This document shows positions 45,987 to 55,562 of a stretch of DNA of 64,000 nucleotides, in pieces (the first letter of the stretch is position 1; each line of letters opens with the position of its first letter). A program made the position numbers and the translations under genes. The stretch spans positions 192,001 through 256,000 of the forward strand of contig JAFGAR010000081.1 of NCBI GenBank assembly GCA_016933575.1. Reading direction: 5' to 3'. Origin of the DNA: Candidatus Thorarchaeota archaeon. Lineage in GTDB: Archaea > Asgardarchaeota > Thorarchaeia > Thorarchaeales > Thorarchaeaceae. The notes under the pieces are model-generated. The model made no database searches, was not told the DNA's origin, and was given only the letters and a program-made list of their open reading frames with translations.

Positions 45987-46149
45987 CTTGGACACCAGAG
46001 TGAAGTGCTCCCAGAAACGGCACTGGGTGGACTCTGTGAGGTCAGAGCTGTGTTGTTTCGACCTCACGCTTGAGTCACCGGACTGGACTAGAAAAGGTCC
46101 ACTATGATCTCTCAAAGACTCATCTACGAGATGTCCAACATTGTCCAAG
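45987..46149 (+). ncRNA. candidate multi-helix structured RNA
   Basis: Closing stem CTTGGACA/TGTCCAAG with at least four internal helices (detailed in findings). Confidence 0.5.
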
Positions 46150-46172
46150 GTTTCAGCAGCTGTTGACAACCC

Positions 46173-48035
46173 TCAGATGTCATCCAGGTCAAGTCGTTCC
46201 AGTGTTTTCTTTAGTGGGAGCCCTGTCGTAAGGTCCCAGCCCCTCACTCTATAGTACTCATCTAACATCTGGTCAAGTTCAACCACTTCTCCAGCAGATG
46301 GTCCAACTGGAGCTTTCTCTTTGGTCAGTCGGTCTGGAAGACAGTCATCTTTCCTGGTCACACCAAGTCGTGCATTGAACAATCGATTGAGATTCACGAT
46401 ACGTTCTCCAATGGTTTGAAGGTCCTCTCGTGTGAGGTCTAATCCATTGTGGACCCTTAGTGCTAATGCAATATCATCATAGTAGAACTCTGGTGGGATT
46501 TGTGTGCCATACTTGCAGAGCCCCACACTCTCGACCATGACCATGAAGTCTTCACATTCTTTTACCATGATGCCCTTATACTTTGGATTCAATCGATCCG
46601 CCATCTCTGGAAGGTATTCCTCACCAAAACGTTTCTTGATGTCTTCATCAAAACCTGCCTCATCAAGGACTGGAAATGCATAGAGGTGATCTGCACCTCT
46701 GGCTGCAGTCACTGCCGCTAGTCCCATGGACTTCTGAGCTCTAGGTTCTTGACCAGCAATCTCCTGTTTCTTCACAGTCATGACAAACTTGTCAGTACTT
46801 CGACCAATCCTCTCAGCTGCACGTTCACTTCCCTCTGCGAGGACATCGCCAAAACCCTCACGAAGTGCAATCATCTCTGTCAATCGCACAATGGTCTCTG
46901 CATTACCCCAGCTGAGGTCAATTCCTCCAGTGTCCTCTGCTGTCAGGAGACCCTCGTCCCATGCCTCCATTGCCCATGAGATCGTACCTCCTAGTGAGAT
47001 GGTATCCATCCCATACTGATTGGCAAGATGATGCCCATATAGCACAGACTCAAGATTGTCGTTTCCACACCGTGATCCCATGGATGATTGGGTCTCGAAC
47101 TCTGGGGCTCCTCCTTCAAAGGCAAAGGGGCCACTTCGAACTGCAGTATATCTGCCGCACCTCTGTAGGCAGGACCAGTCGGCTCTTGCTTTTACAAGGT
47201 ACTTCTCGTTGATCGCGTCACCACTTATCTTATCGTACCCATCAAAGACACCCTGTCTCATATTATAGCTGGGAAGGCGACCAATGTGTTGCATCAGTTC
47301 GACAAGACTTGTTGTACCATACTTAACACGACCCGGCGTGAAGGGATTGGCGAGCATTCTCCTGTAGAATTCATCCATCTGTTTCAGGTAGTTCTTTGGG
47401 TCCGCGACATCAATCTTACCGCTTCCCCTTACAGCTATGGCTTTCAGTCTCTTGGAACCCATGACTGCTCCAAGTCCAGACCGGGCGGAGGCACGGTCTC
47501 GGTCATTCATCACCGCGGCAAATCGCACTAGATTTTCGCCAGCCTGACCAATTGAGAGTGTTCGGTATCTTCTATTATGGTCCTTTCGGAGAATGTCGTC
47601 TGTTTCAAAGACGTCTTTTCCCCAAAGATGAGTAGCATCAAGTAGTTCAACGTTTGCGTCTTGAATGTGCAGATAGACAGGATCCTTAGAGGCTCCAGTG
47701 AACATGATTGCGTCATACCCTGCAAGCTTCAGTTCTGGTCCGAAGAAACCTGCAGCATGGCTCTCACCCCAGACTTCAGTGAGTGGGGAGAGTGCGGCAA
47801 CTACATGTCTTGATGACTGCGGGAACATGGAAGCAGTGAGAAGACCAGTAGCAATTCCCAGCACATTGTTCTTTCCAAGTGGATCAGTCCCTGCAGGAAT
47901 CATATCATATAGGACCTTCGAGAGAAAACCAGCCCCTAGAAGATACTTATTGACAAGGTCCTCATCCAGAGGTCTCTTCTCGATATTTCCCTTTGTCATA
48001 TCTACCCAGATGATTTCTCCTCCGACCCCGAACAT
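46173..48035 (-). CDS. tungsten aldehyde:ferredoxin oxidoreductase family enzyme (copy 1)
   Basis: SPLT, GPELK, RSGLGAVMGSKRLKA, PEFET, GMDTIS and YYRVRGWD motifs. Confidence 0.95.
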   Translation of the reverse strand: MFGVGGEIIWVDMTKGNIEKRPLDEDLVNKYLLGAGFLSKVLYDMIPAGTDPLGKNNVLGIATGLLTASMFPQSSRHVVAALSPLTEVWGESHAAGFFGPELKLAGYDAIMFTGASKDPVYLHIQDANVELLDATHLWGKDVFETDDILRKDHNRRYRTLSIGQAGENLVRFAAVMNDRDRASARSGLGAVMGSKRLKAIAVRGSGKIDVADPKNYLKQMDEFYRRMLANPFTPGRVKYGTTSLVELMQHIGRLPSYNMRQGVFDGYDKISGDAINEKYLVKARADWSCLQRCGRYTAVRSGPFAFEGGAPEFETQSSMGSRCGNDNLESVLYGHHLANQYGMDTISLGGTISWAMEAWDEGLLTAEDTGGIDLSWGNAETIVRLTEMIALREGFGDVLAEGSERAAERIGRSTDKFVMTVKKQEIAGQEPRAQKSMGLAAVTAARGADHLYAFPVLDEAGFDEDIKKRFGEEYLPEMADRLNPKYKGIMVKECEDFMVMVESVGLCKYGTQIPPEFYYDDIALALRVHNGLDLTREDLQTIGERIVNLNRLFNARLGVTRKDDCLPDRLTKEKAPVGPSAGEVVELDQMLDEYYRVRGWDLTTGLPLKKTLERLDLDDI

Positions 48036-48523
48036 TAGGCCTCCTCCTTGTTGTAGAGCTCTGCCTTATGTCGTTCGTATAGGCTCTTCATCCTTCCGTC
48101 CTTGTCCCTCTTCGTTAAGTCTTCTTCACTAGTCATGAACAAGGCATCTGCGGGACAGCGGTCTACACATTGTCCGCACTGAATGCATTTTATCGCCTTA
48201 CCCGTGTCTGGGTTGATATGTATTGCATAGTACGGGCATGCAATGACACAATCACCTGTTCCCTTGCATTTGGCATTGTTCACGATGACAGTTCCCTTCG
48301 AAGTACGACTCAGAGCACCCTCTGGACATGCCGTGATACATGGTGCATCCTCGCAGTTGCGGCAGAATAACGGATAATCAAGCGCAGGTTCGATACGGAG
48401 CACTCTCACTCGCGACCGCTCAGGACCAATCACTTTGAAGTAATACATACTGCATACATTGACACACACCATACAGCCCGAGCAAATATCCGGGTCTCCA
48501 AAGACGAATTTCAATTCTGCCAA
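48035..48523 (-). CDS. 4x[4Fe-4S] electron-transfer subunit of AOR-family enzyme
   Basis: DmsB-like Cys motifs. Confidence 0.9.
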   Translation of the reverse strand: MAELKFVFGDPDICSGCMVCVNVCSMYYFKVIGPERSRVRVLRIEPALDYPLFCRNCEDAPCITACPEGALSRTSKGTVIVNNAKCKGTGDCVIACPYYAIHINPDTGKAIKCIQCGQCVDRCPADALFMTSEEDLTKRDKDGRMKSLYERHKAELYNKEEA

Positions 48524-48526
48524 TTG

Positions 48527-49936
48527 TTACTCTCCTGCTGGTCTTTCCCCACTTCCCATTGCCTGAAATCTACCATGTCCCGGTCTTGTCAGTATCTTTC
48601 CCTCTCCAAAGACCTGGACTCCTCTCACGAAGGTCATCTCTGGACTGCCTCTCATGGTCATACCCTCATATAGAGTCCATCCACACTTCGAAAACATCAT
48701 GTCCGCGGTCAATTTCTCCTCTCTATTGGGATCGAAGATCACAAAATCCGCGTCTGAGCCAACCCTGATGACACCCTTCTTTGGATAGAGCCCAAAGATA
48801 CGGGCTGGATTCCGCGAACTGACCCTGAGAAGCCTTGAGTATGATAATCTTCCCTTGTTTATTCCTTCTGAGAGCAACACTCTGAGTATCATCTGAGTCC
48901 CATCCACACCAGACCATGCTTCTCGAATATCCTCAAGACCTGCCTCTTTCTTTTCAATCGGACATGGTGCATGGTCACTGACTGTAATATCGATCATCCC
49001 CCGAAGGAGTGCTGACCAGAGGGCAGCTTTATCCTCTCTGGTTCTGAGTGGAGGGTTCATCTTGCTCATTGGTCCCAACCTGTTCATATCATCTCTATAG
49101 AACATAAGGTGATGCGGACAGACCTCTGTGGTCACCATTATCCCTCGAAGTTTACCCCGCTCAATCTCATTGACTCCTTCCCGAGTGGTGACATGGGCAA
49201 TATGGAGGTGTCCTCCTGTGTGGGAGGCAATGGAGATGTTCTGTCTTATTGCTAGAAATTCTGCAAGGTTCGGTCGGCTAAGTGAGTGGCTGACAGGTGC
49301 GTCCCATTCTCCTTCCATATCCTTTTTGAACTCATCAAGTACACCTTGGTCTTCAGAGTGTATCGTAAGATGCCCGCCTACTTCAGACACCTCACTCAAT
49401 GCCCGTGTCAATACCCCTGGATTAGTCTGATAGGGTTCACACGAGAATGCCTTGAATGCTCCAATCCCTCGCTCTACAAGAGTTGGAATGACCTTGTAAT
49501 TATTCTCATTAATCATGCCTCCATAGAAGGAGAAATCGACCACTGAGTCTTCCTCACCCTGTCTGATCTTCTCTGTCACTATCTCTTCTGAATCTACTTG
49601 GTTTGTCAAGGGCATATCGATGAAAGTTGTCACACCACCTCCCGCGGCCGCCCGTGATCCTGATTTGAAGCTCTCATGCGACAGCATGGTAGGATCGTTG
49701 ATGTGTGCATGACCATCGATTAATCCCGGCATCAATATCTTCTGACCCGCATCAATAATGACATCAGCATCAGGTAGATGCTCATCAGAGGCGATGACTG
49801 AAAATACTCCATCTGAGACTCCAATACCTCCTCTGACCAGTCCTGATTCCAAGAGAAGGCGTGCATTATGCACAACAAGGTCGATACTTCTTCGTTCTGT
49901 TTGCTTCCTATGCTTTGATGTGAGTGAACTACTCAT
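48527..49936 (-). CDS. cyclic amidohydrolase (allantoinase/dihydropyrimidinase/dihydroorotase family)
   Basis: DGHAH, GGVTT, FK, HSE, EVCPHHL, KMNPPLR and SDHAP motifs. Confidence 0.9.
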   Translation of the reverse strand: MSSSLTSKHRKQTERRSIDLVVHNARLLLESGLVRGGIGVSDGVFSVIASDEHLPDADVIIDAGQKILMPGLIDGHAHINDPTMLSHESFKSGSRAAAGGGVTTFIDMPLTNQVDSEEIVTEKIRQGEEDSVVDFSFYGGMINENNYKVIPTLVERGIGAFKAFSCEPYQTNPGVLTRALSEVSEVGGHLTIHSEDQGVLDEFKKDMEGEWDAPVSHSLSRPNLAEFLAIRQNISIASHTGGHLHIAHVTTREGVNEIERGKLRGIMVTTEVCPHHLMFYRDDMNRLGPMSKMNPPLRTREDKAALWSALLRGMIDITVSDHAPCPIEKKEAGLEDIREAWSGVDGTQMILRVLLSEGINKGRLSYSRLLRVSSRNPARIFGLYPKKGVIRVGSDADFVIFDPNREEKLTADMMFSKCGWTLYEGMTMRGSPEMTFVRGVQVFGEGKILTRPGHGRFQAMGSGERPAGE

Positions 49937-50219
49937 GCGAACCCCCTCCAACTGGTGGAAACAAGGCCACTGCATCATTATCAGTCAATTCTGTATCGTA
50001 GCCATTCAGAAGTTCAATCCGTTTTCCGTTGATCATACAGGAGTAGAACTGCTTCAGTCTACCAGTCTTGTCATCGAATACAGTGTTGGTGAATCTTGGC
50101 CCAAAGGATACCTTCAACGCTTCAAGAAGATCTTTGATGGTACTAGCTTCCATCTCCTTACTCTTCATACCAGTGATCTCCCGAACAGTTGCGAAGAATT
50201 TCACAGTGACCCGAGCCAA
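49929..50219 (-). CDS. MoaD/SAMP ubiquitin-like sulfur carrier with C-terminal extension
   Basis: VKFFATVRE...ING...VALFPPVGG-GSHE*. Confidence 0.9.
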   Translation of the reverse strand: MARVTVKFFATVREITGMKSKEMEASTIKDLLEALKVSFGPRFTNTVFDDKTGRLKQFYSCMINGKRIELLNGYDTELTDNDAVALFPPVGGGSHE

Positions 50220-50347
50220 GGTCTCACACTCAATCCGATGAAATGGTTTCAATCGATTAAAACAATTGCCTTCTGTTCTGTTTTGACGCTGGCATAGAAG
50301 TTAAAGGGAAAATGAGCCTCACGCACATCGGTTAACCGCATTCGGTC

Positions 50348-51253
50348 GTGACATATTGCATGGAGCTTGTAGTTGTTGGTCATCTGAGTAGGGACTTGCT
50401 AATCACACCTACAACTACAAAGGAGGCATTGGGCGGAGGAACCGCATACGCAATGATAGCACCCTCAATTGGTGTTTCAAGTGGAATTGTCACAAAAGTA
50501 GGAGATGACTTCGAAACAAATTATCACAAAACACTGGAATCTTCTGGTCTTAATCTCACGGGGCTCATTGCTGATGGTAAACGAACGACCCGCTTTGTTA
50601 ACAAATATGATCCTGTGGGGAACAGAACGCAATTTGTCGAGGCAATCGCTCCACAAATATTACCTGAAGATTTCTCACAGCAACACTTGGAGTCTAAGAT
50701 CATCCACTTCTCTCCACTCACCGCTCATGATATTCATCCTACATGTATAGAGCAGGCACATAATACTGGGGCTTTAACATCGATTGATGTTCAGGGCTAT
50801 CTTCGAGCAATTGACAAGGGTGGACAGGTTATCGCACAAGAATGGTCCCACCATGATAACATTCTGAAGATGGTTGATGTTGTAAAATTTCACCAAGACG
50901 AACTGCAAATGACTCTCAGAGCTGAGTCCGAACCCTCTGCAGTGAAGGCGATACTTGATTTGGGTCCCAAGATTATACTAGTGACTCGTGACTTGAGAGG
51001 TTCCACAATATACACACGGGAAGGATACGTGGACATACCCCTAATTCCAGCCAATGTGCAAGTTGATACGACTGGATGTGGGGATACCTATACCATTGGC
51101 TTCTTGGTTGATTACCTTCATTCTGGTGATGTGAGACATGCAGGATTCTTTGCAGCAACCTGCTCATCATTCAATGTCGAAACCCTTGGTCCCTATGGGA
51201 TGCCATCACGAGGGGATGTCGATTCTCGAATGAAGAGGTACTTCACAACCTAG
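50348..51253 (+). CDS. PfkB/ribokinase family kinase
   Basis: LGGGTAY and DTTGCGDTY motifs. Confidence 0.92.
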   Translation: MTYCMELVVVGHLSRDLLITPTTTKEALGGGTAYAMIAPSIGVSSGIVTKVGDDFETNYHKTLESSGLNLTGLIADGKRTTRFVNKYDPVGNRTQFVEAIAPQILPEDFSQQHLESKIIHFSPLTAHDIHPTCIEQAHNTGALTSIDVQGYLRAIDKGGQVIAQEWSHHDNILKMVDVVKFHQDELQMTLRAESEPSAVKAILDLGPKIILVTRDLRGSTIYTREGYVDIPLIPANVQVDTTGCGDTYTIGFLVDYLHSGDVRHAGFFAATCSSFNVETLGPYGMPSRGDVDSRMKRYFTT

Positions 51254-51303
51254 ACAGAAGCCTTTTACAGCAAATTATTAGCTCTCAATTCTAGGCGAAA
51301 ACA

Positions 51304-52488
51304 ATGCTCGAAGATCTTGACCAGCTTATGGAGAAATATGGAATAGATGGTCTACTAGTCAATGGCAGTGCCTTTGAGAATCAAGACATCTATTGGCTAA
51401 CAGGATTCCGTTCATCAGATGAAATCATCTATCTCAAGAACCGGGGTGATGAGCCCTTGGTTGCTTCATCATTCCTCGCACTTGAGCGGGTCAAGAAAGA
51501 GAGCCTCATTACCCAAACCCATGATCTTACTGAGGTCCATCTACAGATCCTACGCGAGAAGAAGAAAGTCCGCGATAACCAGGATCGAATATATGGAGAT
51601 CTTCTGAAGAAGCAGTTCTCTGGAAAAGTCCTCGGTGTTCCCGACATATTTCCAGCAAGTATTCTTGTCATGCTTCAGAAGATGGGGTACACAATCAAGG
51701 TTGTTCGAGACCTAGTGATGGAAGCCAGGGCGACCAAGTCTCCACGAGAGATCAAGACTCTGAAGAAGGCTGGCGATGCCACGACCGCTGCAATTGCTCA
51801 AATCGTTGAGATGGTGAAAGAAAGTACAATTGGTCCCAATAAGATACTGATGCATAGAGGCGAGCCGCTCACAGTGAGGAAGGTCAAACTTGCTCTGGAG
51901 CACTTCCTACTCGATAAAGGAGCTGAATCTGCTGATGATGCTATTGTTGCTGTAGGAAAGAAGGCCTTTGACTGGCATTATCTTGGCGTGAGTGGTGACA
52001 AGTTCAAGAGTGAGACTCCCATCATTATGGATGTCTTCCCCCGTCTCAAACAGGAACGCTACATTGCTGATGTGACCCGTACAATAGTGAAAGGTTCTGT
52101 ACCAAAGCGTGTACGCGAGATGTTTGATGCGGTACATAGCGCAGCTGAGGCAACCGTTGATGCTCTTAGGGACAATGTAGTGATTGAGGACGTAAACCTT
52201 GCCTGCTTTAATACCCTCAAGAAACACGGGTTTGATTCAAAGGGACTCAATCCTGATGCCAAGGATGGAATGACACACGGACTGGGTCATGGAATTGGTC
52301 TTGATGTTCACGAACTCCCAAGTACCTACAGCTGTGAGGAGAGGTATGTTGAGGGAAATGTCATGGCCATAGAGCCTGGTGTATACCTAGCATCCATCGG
52401 TGGTGTTCGTATCGAGAATGACTACGTGGTGACAAAGGGAAAAGCAAAACGGCTGACCACAGGTCTCGATGATATTATCTATGTCTAG
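51304..52488 (+). CDS. M24 family (Xaa-Pro) peptidase/hydrolase
   Basis: D..ADVTRT, HGLGHGIGLDVHE, EPGVY and GVRIE motifs. Confidence 0.92.
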   Translation: MLEDLDQLMEKYGIDGLLVNGSAFENQDIYWLTGFRSSDEIIYLKNRGDEPLVASSFLALERVKKESLITQTHDLTEVHLQILREKKKVRDNQDRIYGDLLKKQFSGKVLGVPDIFPASILVMLQKMGYTIKVVRDLVMEARATKSPREIKTLKKAGDATTAAIAQIVEMVKESTIGPNKILMHRGEPLTVRKVKLALEHFLLDKGAESADDAIVAVGKKAFDWHYLGVSGDKFKSETPIIMDVFPRLKQERYIADVTRTIVKGSVPKRVREMFDAVHSAAEATVDALRDNVVIEDVNLACFNTLKKHGFDSKGLNPDAKDGMTHGLGHGIGLDVHELPSTYSCEERYVEGNVMAIEPGVYLASIGGVRIENDYVVTKGKAKRLTTGLDDIIYV

Positions 52489-53576
52489 TAACTGAGAGCA
52501 TAATATGGACATACTGAAACACACATCCCACAGGCTTCACACCTGTTTGCATCAATGGCAAAGAAGTTCTCAGCCTTATTCACCCTGATTGCTCCATAGA
52601 CACAAGACTTCTCACATAGTCCACATCGTGTGCATCTCTCAAGGTCGACTGTCGGTGGTGGATCCAGAGAGACCCCCTCTTTCAGATTTGGAAGGGCAAT
52701 TCCGCGTATCTCTTCCAAGGAAGTATATCCGTGATTATCCAGCCAGTCTTCTACCTCACCTGCAATCTTTCCGTAGACTGTATCTCCCTCAAGAATTGCC
52801 GCTGTACACACCTGCACTGCGGACGCTCCCACCATGAAGAACTCTATGGCATCCTCACCAGTCATGACTCCACCTACACCAATGACTGGAATCTTCACCA
52901 CTTTGGCAATATCAGCTACACATCGTATCGCAATAGGTTTGAGGGCAGAACCACTCATCCACCCGTACCCACCATCGCTTCCCAATAATGGTCTCCCGGT
53001 CTCGATATCTATGCGAAGGCATGGACCAAAGGTATTGATTGCGGCTATGGCATCCACATGAGGTTCCAGGGCTTTGGCGACCTCCGCAACATCCACCTTG
53101 GGGCTTAGTTTTGCTATGATGGGGATGTTCACTGCCTCTCTGAGAGCCTTGGCTATTTCGACATGACCACCGACATAGTGCGTACTGAACTCTATTGCTT
53201 TGACTCCTGCTTTCTCTAGCTTTGGTGCAATCTGGCGTACATCCTCAGGTGTGTATCCAACACTGGCAATCAAGGGGAGATTTGCACTGAGCGCTATCGG
53301 GTATTCTCTCTCCAACCAGGTTTCAAGGGGAAGCTCACTCCAGAGTTCTGCATTGAGTATTCCCCTCCTCGAACCAACTCGACCCTCCTTGAGTGCTGCC
53401 ATGTTTGGTTTTGGGACATCGGCAGGAGATACACTCACAGTCTTTGCCACGAGCCCTCCCACACCCCCCGCTGCGGCATTCAGGAGGGTCATTCCATCTC
53501 TTGATGTAGGGCCTGCGGCTGTGAGAACTGGATTTCTGAACTTAAGTCCGAGAAGATCAACACTGATGTCTGCCAT
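52485..53576 (-). CDS. dihydroorotate/dihydropyrimidine dehydrogenase (PreA)-like FMN protein with C-terminal 2x[4Fe-4S]
   Basis: NPVLTAAGP, AKT, AKLSP, INT, GWMSG, GVGG, VQVCT and a ferredoxin tail. Confidence 0.88.
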   Translation of the reverse strand: MADISVDLLGLKFRNPVLTAAGPTSRDGMTLLNAAAGGVGGLVAKTVSVSPADVPKPNMAALKEGRVGSRRGILNAELWSELPLETWLEREYPIALSANLPLIASVGYTPEDVRQIAPKLEKAGVKAIEFSTHYVGGHVEIAKALREAVNIPIIAKLSPKVDVAEVAKALEPHVDAIAAINTFGPCLRIDIETGRPLLGSDGGYGWMSGSALKPIAIRCVADIAKVVKIPVIGVGGVMTGEDAIEFFMVGASAVQVCTAAILEGDTVYGKIAGEVEDWLDNHGYTSLEEIRGIALPNLKEGVSLDPPPTVDLERCTRCGLCEKSCVYGAIRVNKAENFFAIDANRCEACGMCVSVCPYYALSY

Positions 53577-53620
53577 AATGTTACCTTATGGAACCTCCAA
53601 CATAAACCATTCGTAGAAGA

Positions 53621-55495
53621 TTACCCAGACATACGAATAATCTCTGCAGGAGTAATGTCTTCCACATCAATTCCTTCTTTTTGCAGTTTGATGATGGCTA
53701 ATTCGTATGCTTTGAGTACGTCTGCTTTTGTGATGTAACCAATCATGACATCAGGATGCATAGGATCGACTATGACAGCATGTCCTTCATCACGTCTCAT
53801 CATGGCCTGTACGACCCCATCCATTGTGCAGTCCGGGGCTAGATGTAAGAAGTCTGGATTCATGAGGTCACGAACTCTAGTTTCATTGGGATTTTCATTG
53901 TGAAACAGGTCTTCAGCTATTAGGATGCCAACTATCTTGTTGCTTTCAACAACTGGGAATTTAGTATGATGCGTCTTATCGATGATCTTGAAGACCTCGG
54001 TGGTGGTCATCTCCGGAGTGAGAATAGTAGGTTCCTTTGTCATTATGTCTTTCACAACAAGTGATTTCAGAGCACCAATATGTGTGCCCCTTCTGATGTG
54101 CACTCCACGTCGAGCCAGTTTCATGGTGTAGATACTCTCTGGTTCGATGAGTGATGAGACAAGAAAGGCTGAGGATACTGCGACCATTAGAGGGAGAATC
54201 AAGAGATAGTCTCCGGTCATCTCCATAATTATGATGATGCAAGTAATCGGAGCTCTACCAGAACCTCCGAAGAGGGCTGCCATACCAACCAATGCAAATA
54301 CCATGGCACTAGTGGGAGGAACAATCGTAGGTGCAAAGAAAGCAAAAATCCAGCCTAAGGCACCACCTAGACCTGCGCCAATGAATAGTGTTGGTGCGAA
54401 TACACCTCCTGAGCCTCCCGATCCAAGTGTTGTACTTGTTGTTAGTACCTTGAAGACACTGAAGATGGCAAGAGTTCCAAGGAGAGCTAATCCTCCAGCT
54501 GTTACATTTGGAATGAGGAATAGCGCATCAATGAAGGCGTATTCTACTCCCATGACTGCAGGGAAATATGGTTGATCGCCAAATGCTCCTGAATATGAAA
54601 ATGCTTGCTCGAAGTAGATTATAGATATGCCTAAGATTCCAGTACAGGCTCCACCAATAGCGGGCAAGAGGTACTTTGAGACTCGAATTCGTTCAAATAA
54701 TCCCTCAATGAAATAGAATCCTCTCATCCAGATCACACTCACAATCCCTAGAAAGATTCCGAGGATTAGGAAAAAGACTAGTTCTGCAGGATTGCTCATG
54801 AAGAAGGCTGGTGCATTGAATGAAAGACTAAGAGAATGACCAAGAATTAGCTGTATGGATATCCCTGCAACTGCAGTAGCTACAACACAAGATAAAATGA
54901 CAGGAAGAACTGAGAAACCAAGGATACCACCTGCGACAATCTCGATTCCGAAGAGCGCTCCTCCCAGAGGCGCATTGAAGGTAGCTGCAATACCAGACGA
55001 GAGTCCACAAAGGAGTAGGGTCTTAGTATCATTCTTTCCCATGTTCAACTTATTGGCAATGCCCGACCCTACGCCAGCCCCAATCTGTGCAATTGGTCCC
55101 TCTCGCCCACATGACCCTCCTGAGCCTATTGTAATAGCTGAGGCTAAGCTCTTGAGGGCTGGAACACGTAGACGCATCTTGCCTCCACGAATGACATATG
55201 ATTCCATGACCTCTGGAACACCATGGCCCTTTGCCTCAGGTGCATAACGTACGACAATGAATGCAGTCAATAGACCTCCAATTGTTGGCACAATGATCCA
55301 CCCAATCACTCCAAGGAATTGAGGAATGACAACAAAGACCAGGCTGATACCCATGATGAGGAATCTGAAGAGTACAGCAACTAGACCAGAAACTGCTCCA
55401 ACGAGAGCTCCAAGAGAATAGAGGTAGACTTGTCGAGACATGTCTTGATTTGAAATCATCTGCGAGATTCGCCTTCTGTATACTAGTATAACCAA
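53621..55495 (-). CDS. ClC-family chloride channel/antiporter with CBS pair
   Basis: GHGVPE, GREGP, FNAP and GGVFAP motifs; C-terminal CBS domains. Confidence 0.95.
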   Translation of the reverse strand: MVILVYRRRISQMISNQDMSRQVYLYSLGALVGAVSGLVAVLFRFLIMGISLVFVVIPQFLGVIGWIIVPTIGGLLTAFIVVRYAPEAKGHGVPEVMESYVIRGGKMRLRVPALKSLASAITIGSGGSCGREGPIAQIGAGVGSGIANKLNMGKNDTKTLLLCGLSSGIAATFNAPLGGALFGIEIVAGGILGFSVLPVILSCVVATAVAGISIQLILGHSLSLSFNAPAFFMSNPAELVFFLILGIFLGIVSVIWMRGFYFIEGLFERIRVSKYLLPAIGGACTGILGISIIYFEQAFSYSGAFGDQPYFPAVMGVEYAFIDALFLIPNVTAGGLALLGTLAIFSVFKVLTTSTTLGSGGSGGVFAPTLFIGAGLGGALGWIFAFFAPTIVPPTSAMVFALVGMAALFGGSGRAPITCIIIIMEMTGDYLLILPLMVAVSSAFLVSSLIEPESIYTMKLARRGVHIRRGTHIGALKSLVVKDIMTKEPTILTPEMTTTEVFKIIDKTHHTKFPVVESNKIVGILIAEDLFHNENPNETRVRDLMNPDFLHLAPDCTMDGVVQAMMRRDEGHAVIVDPMHPDVMIGYITKADVLKAYELAIIKLQKEGIDVEDITPAEIIRMSG

Positions 55496-55562
55496 TAGCC
55501 TGTATTTGGCGGCCTAAGTGATGTTTTATTAAAGTTGACCCTGTGGGAACTGGTTTTTTAAT

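Noticed and set aside
45894-46175. Sec read-through of the AOR copy 1 UGA into the in-frame 91-aa ORF
   Set aside because: The AOR already ends where its paralog and family end. The extension is not protein-like and overlaps a convergent gene, and the RNA structure there favours the opposite strand.
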